A DNA stretch of 53,856 bases, taken from a virus. Its lineage: Duplodnaviria; Caudoviricetes. Below the pieces are notes generated by a model, which saw only the letters and a list, made by a program, of their open reading frames with translations, was not told where the DNA came from and ran no database searches. The position numbers and the translations under genes were made by a program. The stretch is taken from positions 1 to 53,856 of the IMG/VR virus record IMGVR_UViG_3300025110_000018. The stretch is one strand, 5' to 3'. Below are positions 53,327-53,856 of this stretch, piece after piece (positions within the stretch are counted from its first letter, which is position 1; the number at the start of each line of letters is the position of its first letter).

Positions 53327-53645
53327 CCCTTTCAATACTATATTCTGGACCCCACCTACGTTCTTCATTCTTAACTTTAGCATAGCCACCTGTTTCACGT
53401 CTATGTCTAATAAACTCAATCGGTCGACCTTGTTCAATGTTTTCCATATGCTCATTCAACCACTCGCCCTCACAACTTGTACTGCAAAAATATCTACTTC
53501 GTTTGTACCAAGTTGCTTCATGATCCCTTGTTAAGTTTGCATATCGTCCACGAATTACGCCACGCGATTTTAAAAACCTATCTGTTGTAACTCTAGTATG
53601 GCAATGTGGTCCTTGGCAAAAATGTTTATTTGGCATTATTCCCAC
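53301..53645 (-). CDS. Hypothetical protein with a putative zinc finger
   Basis: CQGPHC...YFCSTSC (TRASH/MYM-like spacing). Confidence 0.65.
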   Translation of the reverse strand: MGIMPNKHFCQGPHCHTRVTTDRFLKSRGVIRGRYANLTRDHEATWYKRSRYFCSTSCEGEWLNEHMENIEQGRPIEFIRHRRETGGYAKVKNEERRWGPEYSIERVDNGQIVE

Positions 53646-53809
53646 CCCCTTTTCATTCTTTTCATTTCGCTATAAAGTTCTCCCATTTGCAACTTATCGC
53701 AAGATTTAACCCAATCAATTAACTCTTGCCTCATTGCTTTTTGTTCTTCATGTGCTTTTGCTCTGTTATTGTCAATCACTTCAAAATGTGCTTCGTTCTG
53801 TTCAGCCAT
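53636..53809 (-). CDS. Hypothetical protein
   Basis: MAEQNEAHFEVID after GAGG. Confidence 0.6.
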   Translation of the reverse strand: MAEQNEAHFEVIDNNRAKAHEEQKAMRQELIDWVKSCDKLQMGELYSEMKRMKRGWE

Positions 53810-53856
53810 TAGTACCTCACTTTCCAACTGCCTGTTGCAGTTCTGTAACCTTTTTT

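Noticed and set aside
1-53856. Stop-codon reassignment, tRNA genes, integrase or RNA polymerase
   Set aside because: Core genes are intact in the standard code with all three stops used; gaps are too short or lack cloverleaf motifs; no recombinase or RNA polymerase motifs seen. The part of the genome outside the window is unknown.

Overview
An AT-rich, nearly complete genome segment of a tailed dsDNA phage with a podovirus-like layout. Gene content resembles marine Pelagibacter phages of the HTVC023P / vSAG 37-F6 type (recalled similarity, not searched). Almost all genes are on the minus strand. Reading right to left: small early-type genes, terminase large subunit, two large unknown proteins, portal, small basic proteins, GroES, scaffold, major capsid, neck and tail genes, three tandem tail-collar paralogues, an inverted block of four 2OG-Fe(II) oxygenases, tail nozzle, two glycosyltransferases, ejection proteins, an inverted SNF2 helicase, a replication module (SSB-like protein, primase, UvrD-like helicase, family A DNA polymerase), and an accessory region with an M15 endolysin, a sulfotransferase, more oxygenases and a truncated methyltransferase. 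I saw no integrase, RNA polymerase, tRNA or CRISPR array. Best leads: (1) an R-x-x-[F/Y/N/K/A/V]-x-x-G(G) peptide tag repeated about 19 times in 7 late proteins, one copy followed by a Tat-like signal, suggesting a processing or packaging system; (2) three fibre-tip genes with hypervariable loops next to a large modification toolkit (11 oxygenases, 2 glycosyltransferases, sulfotransferase, methyltransferase); (3) a double-pseudoknot RNA downstream of the capsid gene that can sequester a Shine-Dalgarno (SD) sequence; (4) a TAGGA-N3-TCCTA operator-like motif in three sigma70 promoters. All functional calls come from reading motifs by eye; no database searches were run.
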